A DNA stretch of 64,000 bases, from positions 95,666,001-95,730,000 of the forward strand of contig OZ024741.1 of the NCBI GenBank assembly GCA_964016885.1. Reading direction: 5' to 3'. The position numbers and the translations under genes were made by a program. Under the pieces are notes generated by a model. That model saw only the letters and a list, made by a program, of their open reading frames with translations. It was not told the DNA's origin and did not search any database. Source of the stretch: Eledone cirrhosa. Its lineage: Eukaryota. This document shows, in pieces, positions 13,733 to 26,400 of this stretch (position 1 is its first letter; the number at the start of each line of letters is the position of its first letter).

Positions 13733-14746
13733 ATGTCAATAGCTAATCTCAATAAGGCTTCTAGTACTCCGATTTCGTATGCATCCAATTTAGAATCTTT
13801 TAATAGAAATCTTAAAAATATTTTTGAAATGGACCCAATATTGAATTATTTATTAAAAGATGCATCGGATACTGAAATAAGTTTTGCTTCAAAGATTAAA
13901 CAGTTTGAAAATACCTCTTTGTCTGATGAAGGAAAAGCCAGCAGTCAAGGATGCCATTTTGAGGATCTTAACCAAAAACTTCGTAATGTAAAACTATCTT
14001 TAGGAAAATTGGCTGTTAAACTTTCAAAGAATAATAATCTACATGATGACATGAGGTCTGATTCCTCAGATGTTGATTCAGATACCGAATATAGAATTAA
14101 CAAAAACAGAACAAAACGCAAGAGAAAGTTACTTGGACATTTAAATCAACTGAAATATTTCACTGTAAGTGATAGTGACGAAAATTTTGATGTTAAATAC
14201 AAGAGACGAGTTAAAAAAAAGTTAATTTCTTCAACAAGCAATGACGCAATCCTACATTCAAACGCTTCTTTACTAACTAGCATTGGAGAAAGGGCCAAAA
14301 ACAAGCAGTGGAAGAAATCTAGGTCAGTTGTAAACACCAGTTCCAATGCTGAATTCTCAACATACGAACCTAAGCCCCGCACAAACATTCAAGATGAGAG
14401 AAGAAAGCATCTTTCATCTTGCCGCAAAGCTTCGACTTTGAAGACTAACCAGCATTTTAATTCAGAGGAAGAACATACTCACGATGAAAATATTCCCAAC
14501 AACAGGAAAGCTAAAGTTTCATTCACTGAATTCTTCCCTGAACAATTTCCAACACCCATGAAGGATTTAACCCAGAGAATTCTTGACGACCTTATAGCCC
14601 TTCGTGACAGAAAGTTTACGGATTCACATCTGGAATTTTCATCAGATGATTTTTCTTTATCTTGTTTTTCATCTTCAGATCCATCTCATGAAAATATTCA
14701 TTCAAAACAAAGTACAGCAGAAAAAAAGAAACGCTGTATTGTTTAA
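13733..14746 (+). CDS. Uncharacterised 337-aa Ser/Lys-rich protein (single exon or terminal exon)
   Basis: 1-kb open frame in non-repetitive AT-rich DNA; pyrimidine tract plus AG just upstream (about 13714); basic clusters (RTKRKRK, KRRVKKK); AATAAA at about 14890, 15010 and 15030; no recognisable domain. Confidence 0.55.
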   Translation: MSIANLNKASSTPISYASNLESFNRNLKNIFEMDPILNYLLKDASDTEISFASKIKQFENTSLSDEGKASSQGCHFEDLNQKLRNVKLSLGKLAVKLSKNNNLHDDMRSDSSDVDSDTEYRINKNRTKRKRKLLGHLNQLKYFTVSDSDENFDVKYKRRVKKKLISSTSNDAILHSNASLLTSIGERAKNKQWKKSRSVVNTSSNAEFSTYEPKPRTNIQDERRKHLSSCRKASTLKTNQHFNSEEEHTHDENIPNNRKAKVSFTEFFPEQFPTPMKDLTQRILDDLIALRDRKFTDSHLEFSSDDFSLSCFSSSDPSHENIHSKQSTAEKKKRCIV

Positions 14747-15391
14747 AACAAGAAAGATTAACAAAGAATTTCAGTGAATTCGGCAAGAAAACAAAAAAAA
14801 ACAAAAACAAAAAAAACCAACAAAGTTTAGAGGTAAAACATTCGAAAAAAAAGGTTCGATATTTCTGCCATTCTTAAGAGTCTATGAATAATAAAAGGAA
14901 AATATTCAGGTCTTGATAACCATTCAGAAGCTGGCAGCTAATCCAGTAACTCATGATTATCGCCATCTTATATTTAGTAGCAGCTAAAGGTAATAAGCAT
15001 ATTCGACTAAAATAAACTGAAATACTGGAAATAAAAAAAAAAATTTATGGGTTGTTCTTATTAGTTTGTATTTTGAGGAAATCAGAACATTTTTCATTCA
15101 AATGTGTAATATATAGTGTCCTTGGTTACGAACAATATTATGTTGTAAAAATAGCGTAGTATTATCTATATTTGTACATAACATGTTTATCTACAGATTT
15201 CCACTTTCCAGGGTGCAACATAGAATGTACATAGAATTCTTCTATCATCTGTAATATAGGATGTAGGAAGAAGCGTTTAGACAATTTTCTCCCGATAGAA
15301 CAGTAAAGTTTATGCTAAGTCATTGTACGCTAATAACTTAGTAAAACTTATAATGTATTTTTCATATTAAAGATTAGTACATTAATTATTG

Positions 15392-15672
15392 GAGGCGCGT
15401 GACCTAGTGGTAAAGGTGTTGGACTTACGATCATAATGTCATGGGTTCGATTTCTGGGCTGGGCTGCGTGTTGTGTTCTTGAGCAAAACACTTCATTTTA
15501 CGTTGCTCCAGTATGCTCAGCTGAGTATGAGTACCAGCAATAGTACACAACGTCCCCCTCCAATGGACTGGTGTCCTGTGCAGAGGGAAGTCGTGTACTC
15601 TCAGTCGCTTCACACCATGAAACTAGGATAAACACCGGCCTAACAAGCCTTCTGGCTTAAGACAGACTTTAG
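15392..15672 (+). mobile_element. tRNA-derived SINE
   Basis: GGAGGCGCGTGACCTAGTGGTAAAGG...GGGTTCGATTTC...GTGTTCTTGAGCAAAACACTTCATTT...ATGGACTGGTGTCC...GAAACTAGGATAAAC. Confidence 0.75.
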
Positions 15673-16029
15673 ACACTAATTATTCATTATTAATGATTAG
15701 TTGAGTAGCAGAAACTACAGAGAGGCGACTAAAAGATTTGTGATATTTAGTTATGTCCATTCAAATCTTTTCCACTGTTACAAGAAACAAAAAATGTTCA
15801 GGATCAATTACTTCGATGATATTGGCGGCATCCCGTAAAACTTTGGCCTCGCACCAAAGTTAAAAATTAGCATAAATTATTAGCAACAAGTATATAGAAA
15901 AAGATTATTTTTTTCAATGCTTACAAAAAGACATATAAGCTGGTAGATACCCATGAGTAAACACTAGACCTCTAGAGAGAAATTCCATGAAACAAAATCG
16001 ATCATGGTATGTAGAAACAAAATATTCAA

Positions 16030-16059
<30 letters not shown>

Positions 16060-16060
<1 letters not shown>

Positions 16061-16330
16061 GTATGCAAATTTAATTATATGAGTATAAAGAAAGTGCCCA
16101 AGCGCAGGAATGCTATAAAGATTTGCCAACGACCGTTATGAGGAATTGAGCCCCATATCTTCCAGATATCTTCTAGCCCGTATCTAGAAAATATGGCGTT
16201 CAGTTCCTCTTAGTGGTCGTTGGCAAATTCTTTTTCCGCCTTTTTACTGTTTTTACCCTATTTTATAAGCTATCTTTATAGCCTTTCTGCGCTTAAGCGC
16301 TTTCTTTATACTTAAATATAAAAGCTGAAA
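16060..16330. repeat. Imperfect inverted-repeat (foldback) element
   Basis: TATAAAGAAAGTGCCCAAGCGCAGGAATGCTATAAAGAT pairs with ATCTTTATAGCCTTTCTGCGCTTAAGCGCTTTCTTTATA; inner ATTTGCCAACGACC pairs with GGTCGTTGGCAAAT. Confidence 0.6.
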
Positions 16331-16347
16331 ATTCGGCTTCGTATATT

Positions 16348-16403
<56 letters not shown>

Positions 16404-16757
16404 TAAAATAACAGATTAAAGTTTAAGCAAAGAATCGCTGCTTTCACCCTTAACGGGATCTTCTGAAACTAACAAAGTCAATCTGTGAACGCAGAAGTGA
16501 ATATTTCAAAAAACGTTGCAATTTAGTCTTCAAATTTATTATTATTGCTATATATATATATATTTTTTTTTTAGTATATGTTGGTTGTATACCAACACCT
16601 CAATATGCAGATTGGAGCACTCGACGATGTGCGCAGGTTGGTTTGGTTACTCTGGGGTAATGTAAAATAAAATAAAATAAATAAGTCAGATGTTTAAAAT
16701 TTAGCTTCGTTATACACCTCAACAACATATGTACTTGTCTATACCACACTAATTCGG

Positions 16758-16812
16758 ACTGCCTGAAGAGGTCACAGCCAAAGATGGCTGTCACCGAAAT
16801 ATATATAGCAGT
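16758..16812 (+). ncRNA. Type I hammerhead ribozyme
   Basis: ACTGC CTGAAGA GGTCACAGCCA AAGA TGGCTGTCACC GAAA TATATA TA GCAGT: perfect 5-bp stem I, long stem II, palindromic stem III. Confidence 0.85.
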
Positions 16813-16858
16813 AATAAACGAAGCTAAATTTTAAACATCTGACTTATTTATTTTATTT

Positions 16859-16939
<81 letters not shown>

Positions 16940-16941
<2 letters not shown>

Positions 16942-17085
16942 TGGTTACACAACAGTTAGTTCACCATACCGAGAACAAGAGAACAATTGTTTCACCTTAG
17001 CGGTTCCTCAGCTCGTAATCGAGGATCCGCTAAGGTGAAACAATTGTTCTCGGCATGGTGAACTAACTGTTGTGTAACCACTTCT
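16940..17085. repeat. Palindromic PLE terminal fragment containing inverted copies of the 4187 hammerhead
   Basis: AAGTGGTTACACAACAGTTAGTTCACC...GTTTCACCTTAGCGGTTCCTCAGCTCG then GAGGATCCGCTAAGGTGAAACAATTG...GTGTAACCACTT. Confidence 0.75.
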
Positions 17086-17147
17086 ACCTAACTCGTCCCA
17101 TGGACTGAGTGCTCTACCACTACGGATATTACCTTCCAGTGTTCTAC

Positions 17148-17210
<63 letters not shown>

Positions 17211-17213
<3 letters not shown>

Positions 17214-17442
17214 TTTAAAATTTGGCTTCGTTTATTACTGCTATATATATTTCGGTCACAGCCAAAGATGGCTGTCACCGAAATATATATAGCAGTAATA
17301 AACGAAGCCAAATTTTAAACATTTGACTTATTTATTTTATTTTATTTTACATTACTCCGGAGTAACCAAACCAACCTGCGCACTCCGTCGAGTGCTCCAA
17401 TCTGCATACTGGAGTATGGTATACAACCAACATATAATCAAA

Positions 17443-17445
<3 letters not shown>
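17211..17445. repeat. Palindromic fragment of the 16758 hammerhead family
   Basis: About 110-bp palindrome centred on the stem II loop (CAGCCA AAGA TGGCTG); the right arm continues as the reverse complement of 16580-16710. Confidence 0.75.
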
Positions 17446-17493
<48 letters not shown>

Positions 17494-17494
17494 T

Positions 17495-17860
17495 AAAGTG
17501 GTCCTTCATCAGTGATCTTCCAACCATCATCGGTATTTCTTCGCTTTAAAGACCATATACCTCCGGTTGGTGCGAGCAACGGCTAAAGAAAGTCGTTGGG
17601 ACATGTAAATAAAGGGAATAGCGAGAGTGTAAACAAACAAAGAGGGTGAAGCAACGAAAAGTGAGGAAGAGCGAGTCAAGTCCAAAAATTTCCATGAATA
17701 TAAGTTCGGTGAAATCCTGAACGAGAGAGAATAAAGACCATCAAACCTGGTTGAAATGTGAGCAAGGAAAGAATTTCGCACAGGTCTAACGGGAGGAAGA
17801 AGGGGTCTAGTCTGTGAAATCGGTAAACATAAGTTCTGTGAAATCATAGACGAGAGAGAG
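17495..17860 (-). mobile_element. Dispersed repeat, same family as 8270 and 39170
   Basis: GTCCTTCATCAGTGATCTTCCAACCATCATCGGTATTTCTTCGC...CATATACCTCCGGTTGGTGCGAGC. Confidence 0.6.
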
Positions 17861-18092
17861 AGAAAAAAAAAATATATATATAGTGGTAGAACACTGGAAG
17901 GTAATATACATATTGATACTTGATCTCATGTAAAAGTCGACGCTAGTATGCTTCATTGTTTTATTAGTTTTCTTTTCTTAACTTTTTTAGATTCTTTCTC
18001 TAGAACTTCTGATATTTTCTTTGAAAGCAAATTTTTGCATTGGCCCTAAAGTGTTACCACTGTATATATATATTTTTTGAATGTATATGAGC

Positions 18093-18149
<57 letters not shown>

Positions 18150-18298
18150 CGCCTGCACCTAAAACAGGCTAAGGGATTACTGGTGACTGCGCTTAGGTGT
18201 GTGTACATATACGCATATGTGTATATATTAGCTGTCGAATATGTGTATATATTAGCCGTCGAAACGGCTTGAGCTCAGCCGTCGGGGTCCTACTCATT

Positions 18299-18340
<42 letters not shown>

Positions 18341-19286
18341 GATGTATATGTGTGTGTGTATATGTGTGTGTTTGGAAGCGTGTCTGTCTTTGTGCCTCTT
18401 TGTACGGACAGGCATGTGTATGTGCGTGTGCGTGTCTATGTATATGTCTGTACGTATTTGTGTATATCAGTAGATGTACGCGTACGCATGTGTGTGTCCC
18501 TGTATGCGTGTGCGTGTGTGTGTGTGTGCGTGTGCGTGCGTTGGAGAGCTGATGTACGAGGGAAGGTAGGCAGGCGCCTGTGGACACGTATGCTGTTAGT
18601 TTTATGGTCGTGGGCGTGTGGGTGTGTGTATGTGAGAGCGTTTGTGTATATGTATATGGGTGAGTATATGTACATGTGTATGTATGTGCGCGTGTGTGTG
18701 TATGTATATGTATATATGTGTGTGTGTATGTGTGTGTGAGTGACTTGTGAAATACCAAGCCCAGCATGAATTCATTGAAGTGTGTCGAACGGGCATATGG
18801 CATTGAAGTAGCTAATGGGCAGTATGGCAGCAAATATTGGCCAGAATTCATGATGACGTGGAAAAATAACAGCCAACAGAAGGACAAGCGAGGAAGATGT
18901 TTTTTGAAGCTAAAACCCCAGTGAGAATATTTGTTCCGAAGTTATTGGTTCTAGAATCAGACAGATCCATACAATGATCATATATCGAGCTGCCTGCCGG
19001 CGAAACAATTGTAACACACAATAAATTGAGTCCAGATGCATCACTGAGTTTTCGTTTTATATTATATATATATATATATATTATACTTGGGGAGGGTCAT
19101 ATTTGTGTAATATTGCCAGAATTAATAACAGAACACACTCACTGTTTGGTTGGTTTTCGCTTCTCGCTGTCTTTTATATCTGCGATCTAACTTACTCGGT
19201 CCTTAATGTTGCCATTGACTGACCGACGGTCAAAAATGATACAGATACAATATAGACACAAACACATATATATAGTTTACATAATT

Positions 19287-19330
19287 TACATAAATCTTTC
19301 GTTGCACATCTGCAACATCGTCAGTGGTGT
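19287..19330 (-). ncRNA. Hammerhead-like motif in the 3' UTR of the PLE ORF
   Basis: Reverse complement: CCA CTGACGA T GTTGCA GATG TGCAAC GAAA GATT TA TGT; intact core and stem II, weak stem I; about 280 nt downstream of the ORF stop. Confidence 0.55.
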
Positions 19331-19602
19331 TATATTTTTTCCTCCTGTTGTGTTGTATGTCTACGCCATTTTTTATTCAGTCTGTCTATATATTTATTTA
19401 TTTATTTGCTTGTTTGTTTATTTTATTTTGTCTTCTTTGCGCATGCGTTTGCGTGTGTGTATAGTGTGATGTGTGCTGTGTGACTAGTGTGTATAGTGTT
19501 GTGTCTGCTGGGTGACTAGTGTGTGTTTATGTGCTTGTTGTTATTGTGCTTGTGTATGTATTTATTTATCTTATTTTATTTTATTTTATTTTATTTACTT
19601 AT

Positions 19603-21231
19603 TTATACTTCTCTTAGGTCAGTGTTGTTTGTTTGGGTGTTGTTGTTGTTCCACTCATTCTTTCTGTTTAGCTTTGGTCTTCTAATTTCTATTTCACTGG
19701 CCTCTCTGATTTGCCTATCTGCTGGGTCATTCATATGTTTAGATATTATTCTAATTTCTATCTTGTCTATGTTGCCGTCATGTTGTTGTCTAGCATGTTC
19801 GTATAGTACTGACCCGTTTTTTCGTCCTTTTAGTTCCCCCCAGTGTTGGTCTATCCTTTCACCTATGCTACGAGCTGTCTCACCTATGTATGTTGTTGTC
19901 ATGTTTCTGCAAGTACCCTCTGTACATCTTATGCTATAGACTACGTTTCTAGTTTTACAGTTTATCCGGGGATTCACCTTACATATGATACATTTCCTAT
20001 TGGTACAGTGGGTTTTCTTAAAAGGGTAGGTTTTGCTGATCAGGGATTTTATGGTGGTTCCTGGCTTTTCTACCACCTTTATTTTTAAGTGGGTCTTTCT
20101 CAGGGCCTTTCTACACTGGTTAGCTAATTTCCCTCCAGGGGTGGCGTCCACAAACATGACACTCTGATATCTCTGGTTGTCGTACCATGAAGTGGCCTTC
20201 CCTATCTTATGTCTAGCCCTATCTAAGCTATTCCATGATTTGCTCCTGTATAATGGGCAAATTCCTTTCATGTCCAGTTCTATGAGGGTCTTATACTTTT
20301 CCATGGCTCCTTCGTATACTCTGACTCTGTCTCTTTGGTTGTAGCCAGAGAACTGCATGCGGTTGATGAAGTGTTGGATGTGTCTTTCCATTTCTGTTGG
20401 GTCGCACATGCTGGACACATTCTTCATCACTCGTACCAAATCTGCGATCAGAATATTAAACTTAGCACTACTGGACATTGCTGAGTTTTTGAGTATCAGG
20501 TATTTGGAGGCCATGGGTTTAGCATAGTGTGAGTGGAGAATTTGGGCTCTCTCGTCTATAGTGTTAATCCAGAGTTCTGTGTCTAATACAGGTAGTCTAT
20601 TGTTAGGGTGTTTGGAAGGGAAGTCGATAGTTACAGTTATACTCTGGTGTATGGAATTAGCTATCTGCTGGATGCTTTCCATCGTGCTACGTTCTAAATC
20701 AAACTTGTTAGTGCTCTCTAGTGGGGTTGTTCTTATAACTATATTGATATCGTCTACATAACGAGAGTACATGATGAGGTCTATGGAGCTTTCATTAAGG
20801 AGATCTTTAAGTCTCCTTTCCCACCATACCATGAAAAGGTTGGCAACATCACCAGCTATGCTGACGCCGATGGCTGCTCCCTCATTTTGGGTGTAGATTT
20901 TCTCATTGAACTTAAATATGTGGCCCTTTAGGGTAGTTTTGATACTAGCCCCTATTGCATGTGCGACCATTTTTCTTACCTGATCAGTGTTTTGGGGGGT
21001 CTGTATAGCTTTGGTCCACCCAATCCACCTTCCCATGGGAGTCTTTTTTGCCATTGAGGTTATGGTGGGGGGTCTACCTCTTATAGGTCTACTAGGACAG
21101 AAAGATCTAAGGTCATGGCTGTCTAGGTAGTCAGTGTCGTAGGTAAGTCTAAGTAGGAGGCCCAGTTCGTCTGTGTCGACGTCGCAGAACTCCACCTCAC
21201 TCTCAATGATCATCTCCACACATCTTTTCAC
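19603..21231 (-). CDS. Penelope-like retroelement RT + GIY-YIG endonuclease (5'-truncated, frame intact)
   Basis: YTQNEGAAIG, YSRYVDD, LPVLD, HYAKPM thumb region, Cys linker, NVVYSIRC..YIGETARSIGERIDQH, REA..I....PKLN; truncated at (TA)n. Confidence 0.93.
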   Translation of the reverse strand: MKRCVEMIIESEVEFCDVDTDELGLLLRLTYDTDYLDSHDLRSFCPSRPIRGRPPTITSMAKKTPMGRWIGWTKAIQTPQNTDQVRKMVAHAIGASIKTTLKGHIFKFNEKIYTQNEGAAIGVSIAGDVANLFMVWWERRLKDLLNESSIDLIMYSRYVDDINIVIRTTPLESTNKFDLERSTMESIQQIANSIHQSITVTIDFPSKHPNNRLPVLDTELWINTIDERAQILHSHYAKPMASKYLILKNSAMSSSAKFNILIADLVRVMKNVSSMCDPTEMERHIQHFINRMQFSGYNQRDRVRVYEGAMEKYKTLIELDMKGICPLYRSKSWNSLDRARHKIGKATSWYDNQRYQSVMFVDATPGGKLANQCRKALRKTHLKIKVVEKPGTTIKSLISKTYPFKKTHCTNRKCIICKVNPRINCKTRNVVYSIRCTEGTCRNMTTTYIGETARSIGERIDQHWGELKGRKNGSVLYEHARQQHDGNIDKIEIRIISKHMNDPADRQIREASEIEIRRPKLNRKNEWNNNNTQTNNTDLREV

Positions 21232-21245
21232 AGCATATATATATC

Positions 21246-21280
<35 letters not shown>

Positions 21281-21628
21281 TATATATATATGTACACACA
21301 TAACATGTTTGCGATAAGTCAGATCGACTAAAGTAAGTCAGTTTAACCATATAATAACCTCTTATTTTAGTGGGTCTGACCTATACCCGCTCCCCACCAT
21401 TTTGGAATAACTTTAATATGTTAAATTACTTCCCTGAGTTTGATAATCTATCTGTATAATTTAACCATTCATTTGTAGGGTAGGTTTAGACCAGAGGTTT
21501 TCAAACGTTTTGGGCCACCTCCCCACCTCACGGCCACGTAATACCCTCAGCACCCAACCCCTATTTCCAGAGAGACCTGCCTACACACTAATTGTAAATA
21601 ATATATAATAAATAAAAATTGTTAATTT

Positions 21629-21812
21629 GGATTGGTAGTATCGGTAGAGAGTCGGACACCATGCTTTGAAGCATAGAGTTACGTCCCTTTATGATCTGAG
21701 TTCAAATCCCGCCGAGGTTAACTTTGCTTTTCATCCTTACGGGGTCGATAAAATAAAGTACCAGTAATGTACTGGGTAATTGCTGGCCTTGTGCCTAAAA
21801 TAGAAACAGTTA
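21629..21812 (+). mobile_element. SINE
   Basis: Same family as 1163 and 60345 (GAGTTCAAATCCCGCCGAGGTTAACTTTGC). Confidence 0.8.
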
Positions 21813-21871
21813 ATTTATATATGATAAATAATATAATATATACTGTGTATAAATAAATAAATATATATTTT

Positions 21872-23488
21872 TTAAACAATTAAGTTAAAGTGTACATCTA
21901 CATATGTATACGGAAGCACTAGTATGCATATAAATACACACATGTATACATATGTACATGTACGGAGTTTTTCACTAGACACTCCACAGTGAGTGTCAGC
22001 CAGCCCGCATGCAACCACACAGACGGACCGGGCCCCAGAGTCACACGAGCCCCCAAGGAAACACACTTCCTCCATTCTCCAGAGGGCCAGACAGGAATAT
22101 TGGACTAGTTTCGATGTTATTACATCTCATCAGCAATATTTACCCATCTTCCGGCTTCTCTGCAGAATTGTAAAAGCACATATCGTTATGTGCTTTTTCT
22201 ATGAAAATTAATAGTGGGTAGACCAATTTGCATAGAACGTGAGTCATTGTACGCACCGGTTCAGCGGAAACGATAAAAACAAATAACGAAACGAAATTAA
22301 ATTTCGCTTCGCTTCTAACTCACTTTTGTATGACTGACGCTTAAACAATTAAGTTAAAGTGTACAACTACATATGTATACGGAAGCATTAGTATGCATAT
22401 AAATACACACATGTATACATATGTACATGTACGGAGTTTTTCACTAGACACTTTACAGTGAGTGTCAGCTAGTCTGTATGTAACCACACAGACGGACCGG
22501 GTTTTAGAGTCATACGAGTTTTCAAGGAAACACATTTCCTCTATTCCCCAGAGGGCCAGACAGGAATATTGGACTAGTTTCGATGTTATTAACTCTCATC
22601 AGCAATATTTACCCATCTTCCGGCTTCTCTGGAGAATTGTAAAAGCACATATCGTTATATGCTTTTTCTATGAAAATCAGTAGTGGGCAGACCAATTCGC
22701 ATAGAACGTGAGTCATTGCACGCACCGGTTCAGCGGAAACGATAAAAACAAATAACGAAACGAAATTAAATTTCGTTTCGCTTCTAACTCACTTTTGTAT
22801 GACTGACGCTTAAACAATTAAGTTAAAGTGTACATCCACATATGTATACGGAAGTATTAGTATGCATATAAATACACACATGTATACACATGTACATGCA
22901 CGGAGTCTCTCACTAGACACTCCACAGTGAGTGTCAGCCAGCCCGCATGCAACCACACAGACGGACCGCGCCCCAGAGTCACACGAGCCCCCAAGGAAAC
23001 ACACTTCCTCCATTCTCCAGAGGGCCAGACAGGAATATTGGACTAGTTTCGATGTTGTTACATCTCATCAGCAATATTTACCCATCTTCCGGCTTCTCTG
23101 GAGAATTGTAAAAGCACATATCGTTATATGCTTTTTCTATGAAAATTAGTAGTGGGTAGACCAATTTGCATAGAACGTGAGTCATTGTACGCACCGGTTC
23201 AGCGGAAACGATAAAAACAAATAACGAAACGAAATTAAATTTCGCTTCGCTTCTAACTCACTTTTGTATGACTGACGCTTAAACAATTAAGTTAAAGTGT
23301 ACATCTACATATGTATACGGAAGCATTAGTATGCATATAAATACACACATGTATACATATGTACATGTACGGAGTTTTTCACTAGACACTTTACAGTGAG
23401 TGTCAGCTAGTCTGTATGTAACCACACAGACGGACGGGGTTTTAGAGTCATACGAGTTTTCAAGGAAACACATTTCCTCTATTCTCCA
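21872..23488 (-). repeat. 469-bp hammerhead-containing tandem repeat, inverted arm (about 3.4 units, 3 ribozymes)
   Basis: ORF track periodicity of 469; reverse-complement ribozymes with GACTAG at 22103, 22572 and 23041. Confidence 0.95.
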
Positions 23489-26400
23489 AAGCGAAACGAA
23501 ATTTAATTTCGTTTCGTTATTTGTTTTTATCGTTTCCGCTGAACCGGTGCGTGCAATGACTCACGTTCTATGCGAATTGGTCTGCCCACTACTGATTTTC
23601 ATAGAAAAAGCATATAACGATATGTGCTTTTACAATTCTCCAGAGAAGCCGGAAGATGGGTAAATATTGCTGATGAGATGTAATAACATCGAAACTAGTC
23701 CAATATTCCTGTCTGGCCCTCTGGAGAATAGAGGAAATGTGTTTCCTTGAAAACTCGTATGACTCTAAAACCCGGTCCGTCTGTGTGGTTACATACAGAC
23801 TAGCTGACACTCACTGTAAAGTGTCTAGTGAAAAACTCCGTACATGTACATATGTATACATGTGTGTATTTATATGCATACTAATGCTTTCGTATACATA
23901 TGTAGATGTACACTTTAACTTAATTGTTTAAGTGTCAGTCATACAAAAGTGAGTTAGAAGCGAAGCGAAATTTAATTTCGTTTCGTTATTTGTTTTTATC
24001 GTTTCCGCTGAGCCGGTGCGTACAATGACTCACGTTCTATGCAAATTGGTCTACCCACTACTAATTTTCATAGAAAAAGCACATAACGATATGTGCTTTT
24101 ACAATTCTCCAGAGAAGCCGGAAGATGGGTAAATATTGCTGATGAGATGTAATAACATCGAAACTAGTCCAATATTCCTGTCTGGCCCTCTGGGGAATAG
24201 AAGAAATGTGTTTCCTTGAAAACTCGTATGACTCTAAAACCCGGTCCGTCTGTGTGGTTACATACAGACTAGCTGACACTCACTGTAAAGTGTCTAGTGA
24301 AAAACACCGTACATGTACATATGTATACATGTGTGTATTTATATGCATACTAATGCTTCCGTATACATATGTAGATGTACACTTTAACTTAATTGTTTAA
24401 GCGTCAGTCATACAAAAGTGAGTTAGAAGCGAAGCGAAATTTAATTTCGTTTCGTTATTTGTTTTTATCGTTTCCGCTGAACCGGTGCGTACAAGGACTC
24501 ACGTTCTATGCAAATTGGTCTACCCACTAATAATTTTCATAGAAAAAGCATATAACGATATGTGCTTTTACAATTCTCCAGAGAAGCCGGAAGATGGGTA
24601 AATATTGCTGATGAGATGTAATAACATCGAAACTAGTCCAATATTCCTGTTTGGCCCTCTGGAGAATAGAGAAAATGTGTTTCCTTGAAAACTCGTATGA
24701 CTCTAAAACCCGGTCCGTCTGTGTGGTTACATACAGACTAGCTGACACTCACTGTAAAGTGTCTAGTGAAAAACTCCGTACATGTACATATGTATACATG
24801 TGTGTATTTATATGCATACTAATGCTTCCGTATACATATGTAGATGTACACTTTAACTTAATTGTTTAAGCGTCAGTCATACAAAAGTGAGTTAGAAGCG
24901 AAGCGAAATTTAATTTCGTTTCGTTATTTGTTTTTATCGTTTCCGCTGAACCGGTGCGTACAAGGACTCACGTTCTATGCAAATTGGTCTACCCACTAAT
25001 AATTTTCATAGAAAAAGCATATAACGATATGTGCTTTTACAATTCTCCAGAGAAGCCGGAAGATGGGTAAATATTGCTGATGAGATGTAATAACATCGAA
25101 ACTAGTCCAATATTCCTGTCTGGCCCTCTGGAGAATAGAGAAAATGTGTTTCCTTGAAAACTCGTATGACTCTAAAACCCGGTCCGTCTGTGTGGTTACA
25201 TACAGACTAGCTGACACTCACTGTAAAGTGTCTAGTGAAAAACTCCGTACATGTACATATGTATACATGTGTGTATTTATATGCATACTAATGCTTCCGT
25301 ATACATATGTAGATGTACACTTTAACTTAATTGCTTAAGCGTCTGTCATACAAAAGTGAGTTAGAAGCGAAGCGAAATTTAATTTCGTTTCGTTATTTGT
25401 TTTTATCGTTTCCGCTGAACCGGTGCGTACAATGACTCACGTTCTATGCAAATTGGTCTACCCACTACTAATTTTCATAGAAAAAGCATATAACGATATG
25501 TGCTTTTACAATTCTCCAGAGAAGCCGGAAGATGGGTAAATATTGCTGATGAGATGTAATAACATTGAAACTAGTCCAATATTCCTGTCTGGCCCTCTGG
25601 AGAATGGAGGAAGTGTGTTTCCTTGGGGGCTCGTGTGACTCTGGGGCCCGGTCCGTCTGTGTGGTTGCATGCGGGCTGGCTGACACTCACTGTGGAGTGT
25701 CTAGTGAGAGACTCCGTGCATGTACATATGTATACATGTGTGTATTTATATGCATACTAATGCTTCCGTATACAAATGTAGATGTACACTTTAAGTTAAT
25801 TGTTTAAGCGTCAGTCATACAAAAGTGAGTTAGAAGCGAAACGAAATTTAATTTCGTTTCGTTATTTCTTTTTATCGTTTCCGCTGAACCGGTGCGTGCA
25901 ATGACTCACGTTCTATGCGAATTGGTCTGCCCACTACTGATTTTCATAGAAAAAGCATATAACGATATGTGCTTTTACAATTCTCCAGAGAAGCCGGAAG
26001 ATGGGTAAATATTGCTGATGAGATGTAATAACATCGAAACTAGTCCAATATTCCTGTCTGGCCCTCTGGAGAATAGAGAAAATGTGTTTCCTTGAAAACT
26101 CGTATGACTCTAAAACCCGGTCCGTCTGTGTGGTTACATACAGACTAGCTGACACTCACTGTAAAGTGTCTAGTGAAAAACTCCGTACATGTACATATGT
26201 ATACATGTGTGTATTTATATGCATACTAATGCTTCCGTATACATATGTAGATGTACACTTTAACTTAATTGTTTAAGCGTCAGTCATACAAAAGTGAGTT
26301 AGAAGCGAAGCGAAATTTAATTTCGTTTCGTTATTTGTTTTTATCGTTTCCGCTGAGCCGGTGCGTACAATGACTCACGTTCTATGCAAATTGGTCTACC

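Noticed and set aside
15392-15465. tRNA gene
   Set aside because: A/B boxes continue into a SINE body and no complete cloverleaf is evident; the same applies to the other tRNA-like heads.
18985-19030. Hammerhead 3' half GAAACAATTGTAACACAC (similar halves at 13120 and 18255)
   Set aside because: No matching upstream CTGANGA could be placed with confidence.
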